Below, piece after piece: positions 1 through 8,005 of a DNA stretch of 64,000 bases (positions are counted from its first letter, which is position 1; every line of letters starts with the position of its first letter). The stretch comes from a virus (Duplodnaviria > Caudoviricetes). Location of the stretch: IMG/VR virus record IMGVR_UViG_3300028914_000059, positions 64,001-128,000 of that record. One strand, given 5' to 3'. Below the pieces are notes generated by a model that had not been told where the DNA came from, did not search any database, and saw only the letters and a list, made by a program, of their open reading frames with translations. A program made the position numbers and the translations under genes.

Positions 1-12
1 ATTGGTTACCTC

Positions 13-519
13 TTACTTCTTATATGGAACATAGGTGTTGGGACCTATCTTTTCCAGCATACTCAGTTCAGTGCGAGTGTTGCGATTGTCTACATGGATA
101 AACGGAGTTCTTGTCACACTGGGTCTTCTATAAATAATAGCTGTCTTGATACCTTTAGACAATTCGGGTATCTGTTCAAAAACTTTTTTAACATCAGCTT
201 TTAAAGGAACAATATCAGCGGCTGCACCTACAACAGAAATGCCGTGGCTGTCCATTACTTTATGGATAGAATTGGATACACCACCAACTGCACTGTTCAA
301 CCTGGTATTTCTATAACCGGAATTAACTCTAATGGGACCAAACTTATCTCTGATTGGTTGAAGAACATCCTGACAGAGAACTCTTAAAGCTTCTATAACT
401 TCATCAATAGGGTAAGTAACTAATTCTGGGTGGCTGTCGCTTCGAATCAGCTCATATAAAGTAAAGTTATCTGACAACTTCGTATTTTTTGCTTTGGTTA
501 TTTGTTGTGCTGTAAGCAT
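13..519 (-). CDS. Peptidase M15A-family endolysin
   Basis: LSDNFTLYEL, LQPIRDKFG-PIRVNSGYRN..LNSAVGGVSNSIH, AADI and FIHVD motifs are typical of Peptidase_M15_3; GAGGAGG SD upstream. Confidence 0.9.
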   Translation of the reverse strand: MLTAQQITKAKNTKLSDNFTLYELIRSDSHPELVTYPIDEVIEALRVLCQDVLQPIRDKFGPIRVNSGYRNTRLNSAVGGVSNSIHKVMDSHGISVVGAAADIVPLKADVKKVFEQIPELSKGIKTAIIYRRPSVTRTPFIHVDNRNTRTELSMLEKIGPNTYVPYKK

Positions 520-898
520 CTAACTTTCCCTCCTCTATGATTTCACGTATCACTTCACCTACTCTGGCACAATCAAAAGGCTTCTGCAGACATAGAGGAT
601 ACTCTGGTTCTGCAATATATTCTTTAAAGTAATCCACATGAGATGAAGTCAGAACAATATATTTGACTGAGGTATGAAATCGCTTGAACAGTTCCACACC
701 TGACATTCCTGGAATAACCATATCCAGAAATACAATATCATAAGTATAATATTTTAGCAACTCAGCAGCCTCTTCACCCGAGGTGACCATATCTATAACG
801 ACAGGGGCCCTGAAATTGTATTCAGACAGGATTCTAGGCATCCAGTCCTTATAAAGAGAGGACAATAGTGAATCATCTTCTACTATAAGAAGTCTCAT
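467..898 (-). CDS. Single-domain response regulator receiver (CheY-like)
   Basis: MRLLIVEDD, YDIVFLD (phosphoacceptor Asp), PGMSGVEL, LTS and KPF motifs all present. Confidence 0.88.
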   Translation of the reverse strand: MRLLIVEDDSLLSSLYKDWMPRILSEYNFRAPVVIDMVTSGEEAAELLKYYTYDIVFLDMVIPGMSGVELFKRFHTSVKYIVLTSSHVDYFKEYIAEPEYPLCLQKPFDCARVGEVIREIIEEGKLDAYSTTNNQSKKYEVVR

Positions 899-899
899 A

Positions 900-1418
900 T
901 TACCACCAGCCTTTGGCAGTGCCGAACATTTTTACTACCCAGATAATAAAGCCTACAAAACTGCTCAGTAATACACCTGATATATAATTATATCTGGTTT
1001 CCAGCTTTTCATAGGACTTCCTGAGCATATCCAGCTCCAGTTCAAGCTTTTCCACACGCAGAGATTCCTCTTTATGTGTATGCTCGAGAGTGTTGGCAAT
1101 GTTCGTGAACTTTTCATTGCATACAGCTTCAAAAGATGCTACCTGACGAGCAGATTCCTTGGCAGAGTCTACAGCAGACATAAGTTTACTCCTCTGGTCT
1201 GAAATCTCGTTGATCTGTTCTGTGAGATACTGCATAGAAGCAGTGGTTGTTCCCAAAGACAGCTTTAAATTGCCTATTTCAGTGATCTGTAACTCATCAT
1301 TTATTTCTATCTTTCTAACCTGTTCCTTCAGTGCGGAGACAGATGTGAGTAGGGTGCGCTGTTCTTCACTGACCCTGTCCAGCATACTGTAAAGTCGTGT
1401 TGTTTCCTGTTCCGCCAT
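900..1418 (-). CDS. Coiled-coil protein with C-terminal TM helix (holin/XhlA-like candidate)
   Basis: Likely start MAEQETT at 1418; heptad-rich body; hydrophobic ISGVLLSSFVGFIIWVV tail; first gene of the endolysin operon. Confidence 0.55.
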   Translation of the reverse strand: MAEQETTRLYSMLDRVSEEQRTLLTSVSALKEQVRKIEINDELQITEIGNLKLSLGTTTASMQYLTEQINEISDQRSKLMSAVDSAKESARQVASFEAVCNEKFTNIANTLEHTHKEESLRVEKLELELDMLRKSYEKLETRYNYISGVLLSSFVGFIIWVVKMFGTAKGWW

Positions 1419-1632
1419 AATAAAAGTCCTACATAAGATATACTTTAATATAAAACCTAGAGAGCTTTTCGTCAATACTTAAGCCCACTATAACATATAC
1501 TCCGAAGGCAACATTTTTTCAACAGGTAAAAATTTATGGTATAAGAGAAATGTAATTCCAGGAAGTACAATATACTTTCTAAACTAAAGGTTGCTGTCTC
1601 AGCCTCCACGCAAAATATTTGAGTCAAACTAG

Positions 1633-1857
1633 ATAATAGTTTACTCACCATACACTGCCGCGTTCCAGGAGAACAGCATGCATCCTGGATCCCGAATATT
1701 CGGGGATCATGTAAACCGGTCTCAGAATTCGAAACTCGCTCCTTACAGTAGCTTCCTTTCGAACTCTGAAGACCGGTGAACACTTCCCCCGAACTTCAGG
1801 ATCCAGGATGCATGCTTTACTCCTTGCACGCGGCAGTGCACTCGCGTAAACTATTAT
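1633..1857. ncRNA. Long rod-like imperfect hairpin 1 (225 nt)
   Basis: Nested pairs ATAATAGTTTAC/GTAAACTATTAT, CACTGCCGCG/CGCGGCAGTG, AGCATGCATCCTGGATCC/GGATCCAGGATGCATGCT, ACCGGTCT/AGACCGGT, TTCGAAA/TTTCGAA. Confidence 0.7.
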
Positions 1858-1962
1858 GAATAGAAAGTTGACGGCTTCCTGGTTTTACCTTTATGGGGAC
1901 CCCCGGAATAACCTTATTTGAAGAGGTTTCCTCTTCATAGTATTATGGAAAATACATACTAT

Positions 1963-2078
1963 TATAGTTCATACTGGCGCTTGTCTTCCATGGGTGATCT
2001 GGATAGCTGCTCCTTCTCTGGATCAGAAGGCTCAGCTCTCCAGATCACCCATGGAAGACGGCTCTAGTATGAACTATA
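1963..2078 (+). ncRNA. Long rod-like hairpin 2 (116 nt)
   Basis: TATAGTTCATACTGG/CTAGTATGAACTATA plus a perfect 21-bp helix 1983-2003/2039-2059; G-U pairs favour the + strand. Confidence 0.7.
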
Positions 2079-2106
2079 GAATATTCCGGGACTACTCCCC
2101 TCCTAA

Positions 2107-2185
2107 GAGAACTTCTGCTAAATGGTCTAAGCCTGGATTATGCGCGCTCTATCCAGAATGGCAGGTTCGAATCCTCCAGTTCTCA
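2107..2185 (+). ncRNA. tRNA-like element with a 12-nt anticodon loop
   Basis: Acceptor GAGAACT/AGTTCTC-A; D arm GCT..TGG..AGC; stem CTGGAT/ATCCAG around TATGCGCGCTCT; T loop TTCGAAT. Confidence 0.7.
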
Positions 2186-2258
2186 TTGGCTGCTTTGTCG
2201 ATAAAGCAAACTATTGCAGCGGATTCCGCTGCAGTGTATAATATCAGTTATGAACTAT

Positions 2259-2427
2259 AAGATAACTGCAGAGCTAAATTCCCTGACATATGTCCACCGA
2301 GCTGGAACAAATCGACGGGTCTTTGTTCGGAATCCTGCCTTGTGGGGCAGGATCCTTCACTGCAAACCCGTCGATTTTTATCCAGCCAGGTGGACATCGT
2401 CAGTGAAATTAGCTCGCCAGTTATCTT
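2259..2427 (+). ncRNA. Long rod-like hairpin 3 (169 nt)
   Basis: AAGATAACTG/CAGTTATCTT, GAGCTAA/TTAGCTC, ATGTCCACC/GGTGGACAT, AAATCGACGGGT/ACCCGTCGATTT, ATCCTGCC/GGCAGGAT; possible promoter TTGCAG-17-TATAAT at 2214-2242. Confidence 0.7.
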
Positions 2428-2520
2428 GAATGCTGATATCGACAGGTACCTCTGGTAAGATATTTGCTAGACTTGTGGATGAGGATACCTCATCCGGGTG
2501 GATTGCAACTAACACACTCG

Positions 2521-2676
2521 TTTATATACAGGTTATCCAGTGCACAGCTGGCCACGGCGCTACGGATGAGAAGGAATACCCAGTACCTTACGCAGGTAAA
2601 CCTTCTCCAGGACACTGGGTGCTCCTTCACATCCGCTGCGCCATCGGCCCGCATAGCACGGATACCTGTATATAAA
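2521..2676. ncRNA. Long rod-like hairpin 4 (156 nt)
   Basis: TTTATATACAGG/CCTGTATATAAA, GGCGC/GCGCC, CGGATG/CATCCG, GAAGGA/TCCTTC, ACCCAGT/ACTGGGT. Confidence 0.7.
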
Positions 2677-2789
2677 AAGTAGCATATGAACTTCCAGACT
2701 CGATAGCGGGATTGCCTTAAAAGGCAATCCTGTCTGTCATTATTAAATCTCAAACTAAAGTATAATTTTTACATATAAGGAGTAAGACA

Positions 2790-3482
2790 ATGGCTGCTAA
2801 AACATATGCAGGAGCTATGGCTCACATTAACTCTCTGGCTTCTGCAGTAACTACCAAGCTGAACTCTATTAATGTGTCAGGCACAAACTCAGGAAGAGCT
2901 GAACAGGTAAGAACAGCTAAAGCCTGGTATACTGAACAGTTCGGTAATCTGAAAGAAGCTCTGTCCGGTTATATCAACGGTGGAACCGGCTGGTTCAGAG
3001 TGGAGGGGCAGAACAAGAAGACCATGGAAAATGACATCTATGAGCTGATCACAGCAGGTGTTAACAAACTGTGCATATCTCTGGAACCGGAAGAAGGCGA
3101 AGAACCAATCAACTTCTGGGATTATTTCGGAGCCGAAGATTCGCTGGGGACAATTCTCAGCTGGACTATCAATGATGTCTATCTAGGCTATGCAAATCTT
3201 CCTACAAACCATACCCTGTTCGCACCCGTAATACAGAAGCTGAACAATGCACCCGCACAGGAACATGCTCGCAGAGAAGAGCTGCAACTGAAGCTTATGG
3301 GTGATTACATGATGTACAACCTGCCTGAGCTGTTGGAACCAGACTATCAGGTATTAGGGCCTGACGAAGACCCACCCACTATTCAGGAAATAGGTACTGT
3401 AATTTACATAGATTGGAAGTTAAAGGAAGTTATAGAAGCTTTCAATCTGGACATTTATATCCCAACTTATGTAAGGAGCTGA
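2790..3482 (+). CDS. Hypothetical protein
   Basis: 230-aa ORF, AAGGAG SD. Confidence 0.8.
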   Translation: MAAKTYAGAMAHINSLASAVTTKLNSINVSGTNSGRAEQVRTAKAWYTEQFGNLKEALSGYINGGTGWFRVEGQNKKTMENDIYELITAGVNKLCISLEPEEGEEPINFWDYFGAEDSLGTILSWTINDVYLGYANLPTNHTLFAPVIQKLNNAPAQEHARREELQLKLMGDYMMYNLPELLEPDYQVLGPDEDPPTIQEIGTVIYIDWKLKEVIEAFNLDIYIPTYVRS

Positions 3483-3487
3483 CAAAT

Positions 3488-3706
3488 ATGGCCAAACAAA
3501 AATCCAAACCTAAAATAGCAGAAAAGTATATACATCCCTGCTCATATTGTGCTAACATGAGTAAGGACCCTGCTACGAACCAGATGTCCTGCATCATCAA
3601 TGATCCTACATTCTGGGCCGAATATCAGGGCTTTAAAGATAAACTCTGTCTGGAGGCATGCGATGGTTGGAAAGGTATTAGAGAAAGTAACCGGATTCAA
3701 TACTGA
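3488..3706 (+). CDS. Small Cys-rich hypothetical protein
   Basis: ATG after GTAAGGAG; CSYC...C...C...C. Confidence 0.65.
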   Translation: MAKQKSKPKIAEKYIHPCSYCANMSKDPATNQMSCIINDPTFWAEYQGFKDKLCLEACDGWKGIRESNRIQY

Positions 3707-3707
3707 T

Positions 3708-4175
3708 ATGTATATAGTATCGGTGGAACTAAAGGACAAGAAAACCGGTGAAACTGACGTATTTGTATTGAGCAGAGAAGTAGAGGGCTGTGAGATGCCT
3801 AAGATAATGACATTCCTGGATGCCAGTGAATTTCAGAAATTCGTAAAAGATGTCTCCAGGTCTGCCTGTCCTACCTTCGACCTGTTCAATAAACTCTTCT
3901 ACAAAGGCAACCCCAGACTACACCCTATATGGACATTCGACACCTCTGTATTCAAGAACAGCGGTCCGATGGATGTCCTTTCTTTCTGTTTCGATACAAT
4001 GAGCCTGGCCTATATCAAATGTGACGGACTTACTGCCGGAATATGGAGGATGGGCGGAGAGCCTGTAGAACTGCCTAAGATAGAACTGCCAAAATACTAT
4101 GTGGATCCCAAGCTGGACGAAAAGGTAGCTGCCGGAGATATCTTCATGGGAAAGCTTAATAGAAGACCTCAATAA
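3708..4175 (+). CDS. Hypothetical protein
   Basis: Likely start MYIVSVEL immediately after the upstream stop. Confidence 0.65.
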   Translation: MYIVSVELKDKKTGETDVFVLSREVEGCEMPKIMTFLDASEFQKFVKDVSRSACPTFDLFNKLFYKGNPRLHPIWTFDTSVFKNSGPMDVLSFCFDTMSLAYIKCDGLTAGIWRMGGEPVELPKIELPKYYVDPKLDEKVAAGDIFMGKLNRRPQ

Positions 4176-4226
4176 TAAGTATATTTTGGTATAAGCAAAG
4201 TATACTTACCAAGGAGGTACTTTATA

Positions 4227-4970
4227 ATGTTTCAAACTGTTGCTAATAAACAGATAGAAGCAGTTCAATTTCGCGGGACTCTGGAAAGCGCGGCAGAATG
4301 CTGCAAACTCCTGGCCCATCTTAGCATCCCAACAAGCATAGAAGTGCAGAATGAGAAAGTAAAATTAATTATTGCTGGCATGTCTCTGCCAAAGTATATG
4401 TTTGTTATTAAAAGAAATACGGATTTCGCAGTAGTCGGGGCTTCAATCTTCACAGAATGTTTCTCTACTATAGAAGAAGAAAAACCGGCTGAAGAAAACA
4501 AAATCACAGGTGAGGCTACTCCGGAAAACATAGCCAGAATCCTGGCCCAGCTGAAGCAGCAGGAAGCCGCTCCCAAAAAAGACGAAGGCATTTGGGATAA
4601 AGCTCCGACAGGACCTAAAATGCAAGTAGTCTTAAGCCCAGAGCAGGAAGAAATGGTTAGCGATATCATCGACAATCTTGTCGAAGATATCCAGATCAAT
4701 GATAACAAAAGAGAAGACCTGCGCAGACAGGAATGGGAAGAACAATTCGGAGGTATAGACGACGATGATGAAGACTACCAGGAATTCGAAGAGTTCTCAC
4801 CGTTAGAGTTCACTACTAATCCTGGAAGTCTTACAGTAAACTTGAACGGTCGTGATAAGTCTGTAGTTACAGAAGTTCTCGATACTAAAATAAAAGACAT
4901 CATGGATAAGAAGCTTAACCCACCGAAGGTAATTACCAAGGATGGATGCATAACCTTAGACTTCCGCTAA
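4227..4970 (+). CDS. Hypothetical protein with acidic C-terminal half
   Basis: AAGGAGG SD; followed by terminator-like hairpin at about 4975-5008. Confidence 0.8.
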   Translation: MFQTVANKQIEAVQFRGTLESAAECCKLLAHLSIPTSIEVQNEKVKLIIAGMSLPKYMFVIKRNTDFAVVGASIFTECFSTIEEEKPAEENKITGEATPENIARILAQLKQQEAAPKKDEGIWDKAPTGPKMQVVLSPEQEEMVSDIIDNLVEDIQINDNKREDLRRQEWEEQFGGIDDDDEDYQEFEEFSPLEFTTNPGSLTVNLNGRDKSVVTEVLDTKIKDIMDKKLNPPKVITKDGCITLDFR

Positions 4971-5081
4971 GAGTAAAAGAGTCAGCCTGTATGTGCTGGC
5001 TCTTTTTTAGCTGGTATTTTTAGGTATAAGATAACTGTAAGTTCATGTTGAGCTTACTAACTCAAATTAAGGAGACAGACA

Positions 5082-6272
5082 GTGAAAGACTCTAAACACA
5101 CAAAAGATTTGATCAAGCGCGCTGCTCTTGATCTGGGAACTAAAACCGGTGGTGTTCCCACCACCTTCAATTTCTCGGTTTTTAAACGTAACATCAGTGA
5201 TGAAGCTGAGCTGGTCAGGAACATAGCTACTGTTATAGAAGCTACTTTCCCAGGCATGGGTAACCCATATCTCTGGGCACCGGCTCAGTATGACGTCGTT
5301 ATTAAGACTCAGGACAAGATGGGTGAATATGATGCCACCCTTTTTACTGAGCAGGCTTTGAACAGGGCTTGTGGTGAACTGGGATTGAAACGACAAGAAA
5401 AGACTCCAGACAGGGATTCTGGGATTCTTGAAATTTTAAACCACTTTAAAACTACCGGTTTTACTAGTGGGAGAATATCTAGAATTAACGGAATCCTACG
5501 TAAAAGTTCGCGCTATATGTTCTGGGATGACAACTGCAGTTGCCAGAGCGTAATAGAAACCATGGTCGAAGCTGGGCTTCTTGGCCTGGACAATAATGAC
5601 TATGGTGCCTCAGAAATTGCATACCTGACTGAATTAGGACGTGAGATCCTTAAGCTCTACGGGGATTCTATGACGGATCTGACTGTTATTACTGACCTCA
5701 TAAAATCAGTAGCCTTCTTTAAGCTGAAAAGATACTGGGCAGAAGCAGTAGCTCATCAGATTATCGAGGACAGCGACGGTCCGTTGCTGTACTCGGTTGA
5801 AAAGCGACTATTGGAACGTAAACCACGTAAAGACAACCTGGCCCCAATGCAGAAGATTGAGACTCCGAAGTATGACTATGTTAAACCTGCTGATAAACCT
5901 AGGGTTAAAGAAATCGAAATCAAACACGATGAGCTTAATCCTCCTAAGCTGGAGCTCAAGCCTAAAACTAGAGCAGCTATGCCAATAAAGATAGAACAGC
6001 CAATGGAAGTCCATAAACCAGCAGCCAAGACTATCGAAGTTGAAGAAGTATTCGTAGCACCCAAACCAACAAAGGAGAATATCGTGGTTAAAAATCCAGA
6101 TCTCGTAGAACAACTAGGAGTAGATACCCAATATCCGTCTATCTTTGAAATGGAAGATATTCAGGATGTTGTTCTCAAGCTGACAATGCTGCAGTTAAAA
6201 TGTGAAAGCAAAGGTCAGCCTGGCAAAGCTGACACAATTTCAAATATGATAAAATTCTTGATGAAAGGGTAA
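5082..6272 (+). CDS. Hypothetical protein, possible winged-helix segment
   Basis: GTG start with AAGGAG SD; EAGLL...YLTELGREIL resembles a wHTH wing; K/P/E-rich linker. Confidence 0.7.
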   Translation: MKDSKHTKDLIKRAALDLGTKTGGVPTTFNFSVFKRNISDEAELVRNIATVIEATFPGMGNPYLWAPAQYDVVIKTQDKMGEYDATLFTEQALNRACGELGLKRQEKTPDRDSGILEILNHFKTTGFTSGRISRINGILRKSSRYMFWDDNCSCQSVIETMVEAGLLGLDNNDYGASEIAYLTELGREILKLYGDSMTDLTVITDLIKSVAFFKLKRYWAEAVAHQIIEDSDGPLLYSVEKRLLERKPRKDNLAPMQKIETPKYDYVKPADKPRVKEIEIKHDELNPPKLELKPKTRAAMPIKIEQPMEVHKPAAKTIEVEEVFVAPKPTKENIVVKNPDLVEQLGVDTQYPSIFEMEDIQDVVLKLTMLQLKCESKGQPGKADTISNMIKFLMKG

Positions 6273-6400
6273 GATTGTATTATGAAATATGTAGCCGGAC
6301 TGTTAATAATATTAGCAGCCGGCTGCTTTCTAGCCGTCAGGTTATGGAAACGCAGCCGACTAATTATAGTATATAAACTAAGAAAAGTAGGAGGAATATA

Positions 6401-6517
6401 ATGGAAAAGTATGCAGCAGGAAAAGAAGTAATCTGTAAATGTGGTGAAAAGGTAACACTGTTTGCGGGCGAAATAGCAACCTGCCCTAAATGTGGCGCTA
6501 AGATTTCAGGAGATTGA
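6401..6517 (+). CDS. 38-aa zinc-ribbon peptide (not in the ORF track)
   Basis: AGGAGG SD; MEKYAAGKEVICKCG...TCPKCGAKISGD. Confidence 0.6.
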   Translation: MEKYAAGKEVICKCGEKVTLFAGEIATCPKCGAKISGD

Positions 6518-6588
6518 AACTATGGAACAAGAACTCCTGAAAGCTGTAATGCAGGGCGAAGCTAATCAAATTCTATCACAGATAAACA

Positions 6589-6900
6589 ATGACTAAGCCA
6601 AGACCCAAACATTGCATTTTCTGTAACGAACGTAGCGAGGAGATCTTCCCTTGCCAGGCATGCGAAAAAACATGGCCTGCAGGGATGACCGCCATAGTGG
6701 ATGAAAATAATAGATGGATGATGCTGCCCACTACATATTGCCAAAATGTTATAAGGGACTTAGCTAACATGAAAACCGAAGATCCTCGAATACAACTCAC
6801 CGGAGTAGATTTGGTTCAATATGTGAAAGACTGGGCTGCCATGCGTAAGCAGGAATTTCTAGAGCGTGGGCGAGCTGCATTCGCCCCACCTCAAGATTGA
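6589..6900 (+). CDS. Zinc-finger hypothetical protein
   Basis: CIFC and CQAC pairs. Confidence 0.65.
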   Translation: MTKPRPKHCIFCNERSEEIFPCQACEKTWPAGMTAIVDENNRWMMLPTTYCQNVIRDLANMKTEDPRIQLTGVDLVQYVKDWAAMRKQEFLERGRAAFAPPQD

Positions 6901-6925
6901 CTGAAAGGCATAAATCAGTTATACT
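6897..6925 (+). promoter_or_regulatory. Sigma70-type promoter
   Basis: TTGACT-17 nt-TATACT upstream of 6962. Confidence 0.6.
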
Positions 6926-6961
6926 ACAGTGTAACTGATTTTTTTATCTGGGAGTTTTAAT

Positions 6962-7384
6962 ATGTTTGAAAAATTAGCTGAAGATATAGCTTACATGGCA
7001 CAACTAAAACTTGCTGCTCTTACTGAACAAGTAGAAAAAACAGCAGACGCTAGCCATTATCTTAGACAAATGCTAAATATGGCAAAAAATGCACCTGCAG
7101 GTACGGCTAGCATGGGGGATCTGCCAGGATATAACGCTTTAGCTGGTAAATTAAAGGCGATCGCAGGCCGAGCCTACAGTGGAGCAAGAAATGCTGCTAA
7201 TTCACAGCTACCATACTCACTCAAAAGTAAAATAGTTAATAATGTCGGACAAATGGTTGGTCAGGAATCAAAATATGGAATAAAACCATATGATTTTACA
7301 CAATTTCTAGGCTCAAGTAGTCCTCGGGCTGCTCTAAGTCCACAACAATTTCTAGATCTCGCTGCCTCTAGAAGAGTTGGATAA
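6962..7384 (+). CDS. KLAxDI-leader family protein (putative internal virion protein)
   Basis: MFEKLAEDIAYMAQLKLAA...EKTA. Confidence 0.75.
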   Translation: MFEKLAEDIAYMAQLKLAALTEQVEKTADASHYLRQMLNMAKNAPAGTASMGDLPGYNALAGKLKAIAGRAYSGARNAANSQLPYSLKSKIVNNVGQMVGQESKYGIKPYDFTQFLGSSSPRAALSPQQFLDLAASRRVG

Positions 7385-7494
7385 AATAACTAAAAACGCA
7401 AAAATATTCAATCTAAAAAGTCTACGAAAAATGCTCTTTTCGTAGACTATTCTGGCACACCTCAACAAATCAAACAAAAATAAAGGGGATTAGC

Positions 7495-7743
7495 ATGACT
7501 TTCTGGCAATCATTTATAGGTATGTTCAAAGGACCTGACGGTTATTTCAGCAGCAGCAAAATAATGAGCTTCTGCGGATTTTTCGCTTTTATTATCGTCA
7601 GCTGCATTTTATTATATATCAACCCAGCCAAATTCAACTATGAGATCTTCGCCTGCCTGAGTGCTGGCGGAGCTGCTGGACTAAGGGCTATGGACAAGTA
7701 TACCAATATGCTTGGAGCAAAAGCTAAAGTAGAGGACAAATAA
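7495..7743 (+). CDS. Putative holin (two TM segments)
   Basis: 82 aa, two hydrophobic helices, charged C-tail; near the spanin-like pair. Confidence 0.6.
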   Translation: MTFWQSFIGMFKGPDGYFSSSKIMSFCGFFAFIIVSCILLYINPAKFNYEIFACLSAGGAAGLRAMDKYTNMLGAKAKVEDK

Positions 7744-7744
7744 T

Positions 7745-8002
7745 ATGATAGAAAAACTGGCACAAGATATATATAATGCTGCTATTATCAAACTGGCTGC
7801 TTATGACTTTAATAAGGGACCTTATGGTAAAGAAAACGCTGAGTTAATTTTAAAAGAATATCCTAAAACTTTAAAATATATAGAAAACCTAAGATCAGAC
7901 CCTAAAACTGATCCAAGGATGCTGAAATTTGAAGAAGATAATCTCCCATATTTAACAAAACTACACGAAGATGCTCAGGCATACTTAGCCTCACTTAAAT
8001 AA
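7745..8002 (+). CDS. KLAxDI-leader family protein
   Basis: MIEKLAQDIYNAAIIKLAA. Confidence 0.75.
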   Translation: MIEKLAQDIYNAAIIKLAAYDFNKGPYGKENAELILKEYPKTLKYIENLRSDPKTDPRMLKFEEDNLPYLTKLHEDAQAYLASLK

Positions 8003-8005
8003 GCA

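Noticed and set aside
1733-1757. Loop of rod 1 (CTCCTTAC) as an antisense guide to gene 3488
   Set aside because: Only a 9-nt match that is mostly generic SD, and the transcribed strand is uncertain.
1472-2753. Short ORFs across the hairpin island
   Set aside because: No SD sequences, atypical composition, mutually overlapping; better explained by the inverted repeats.
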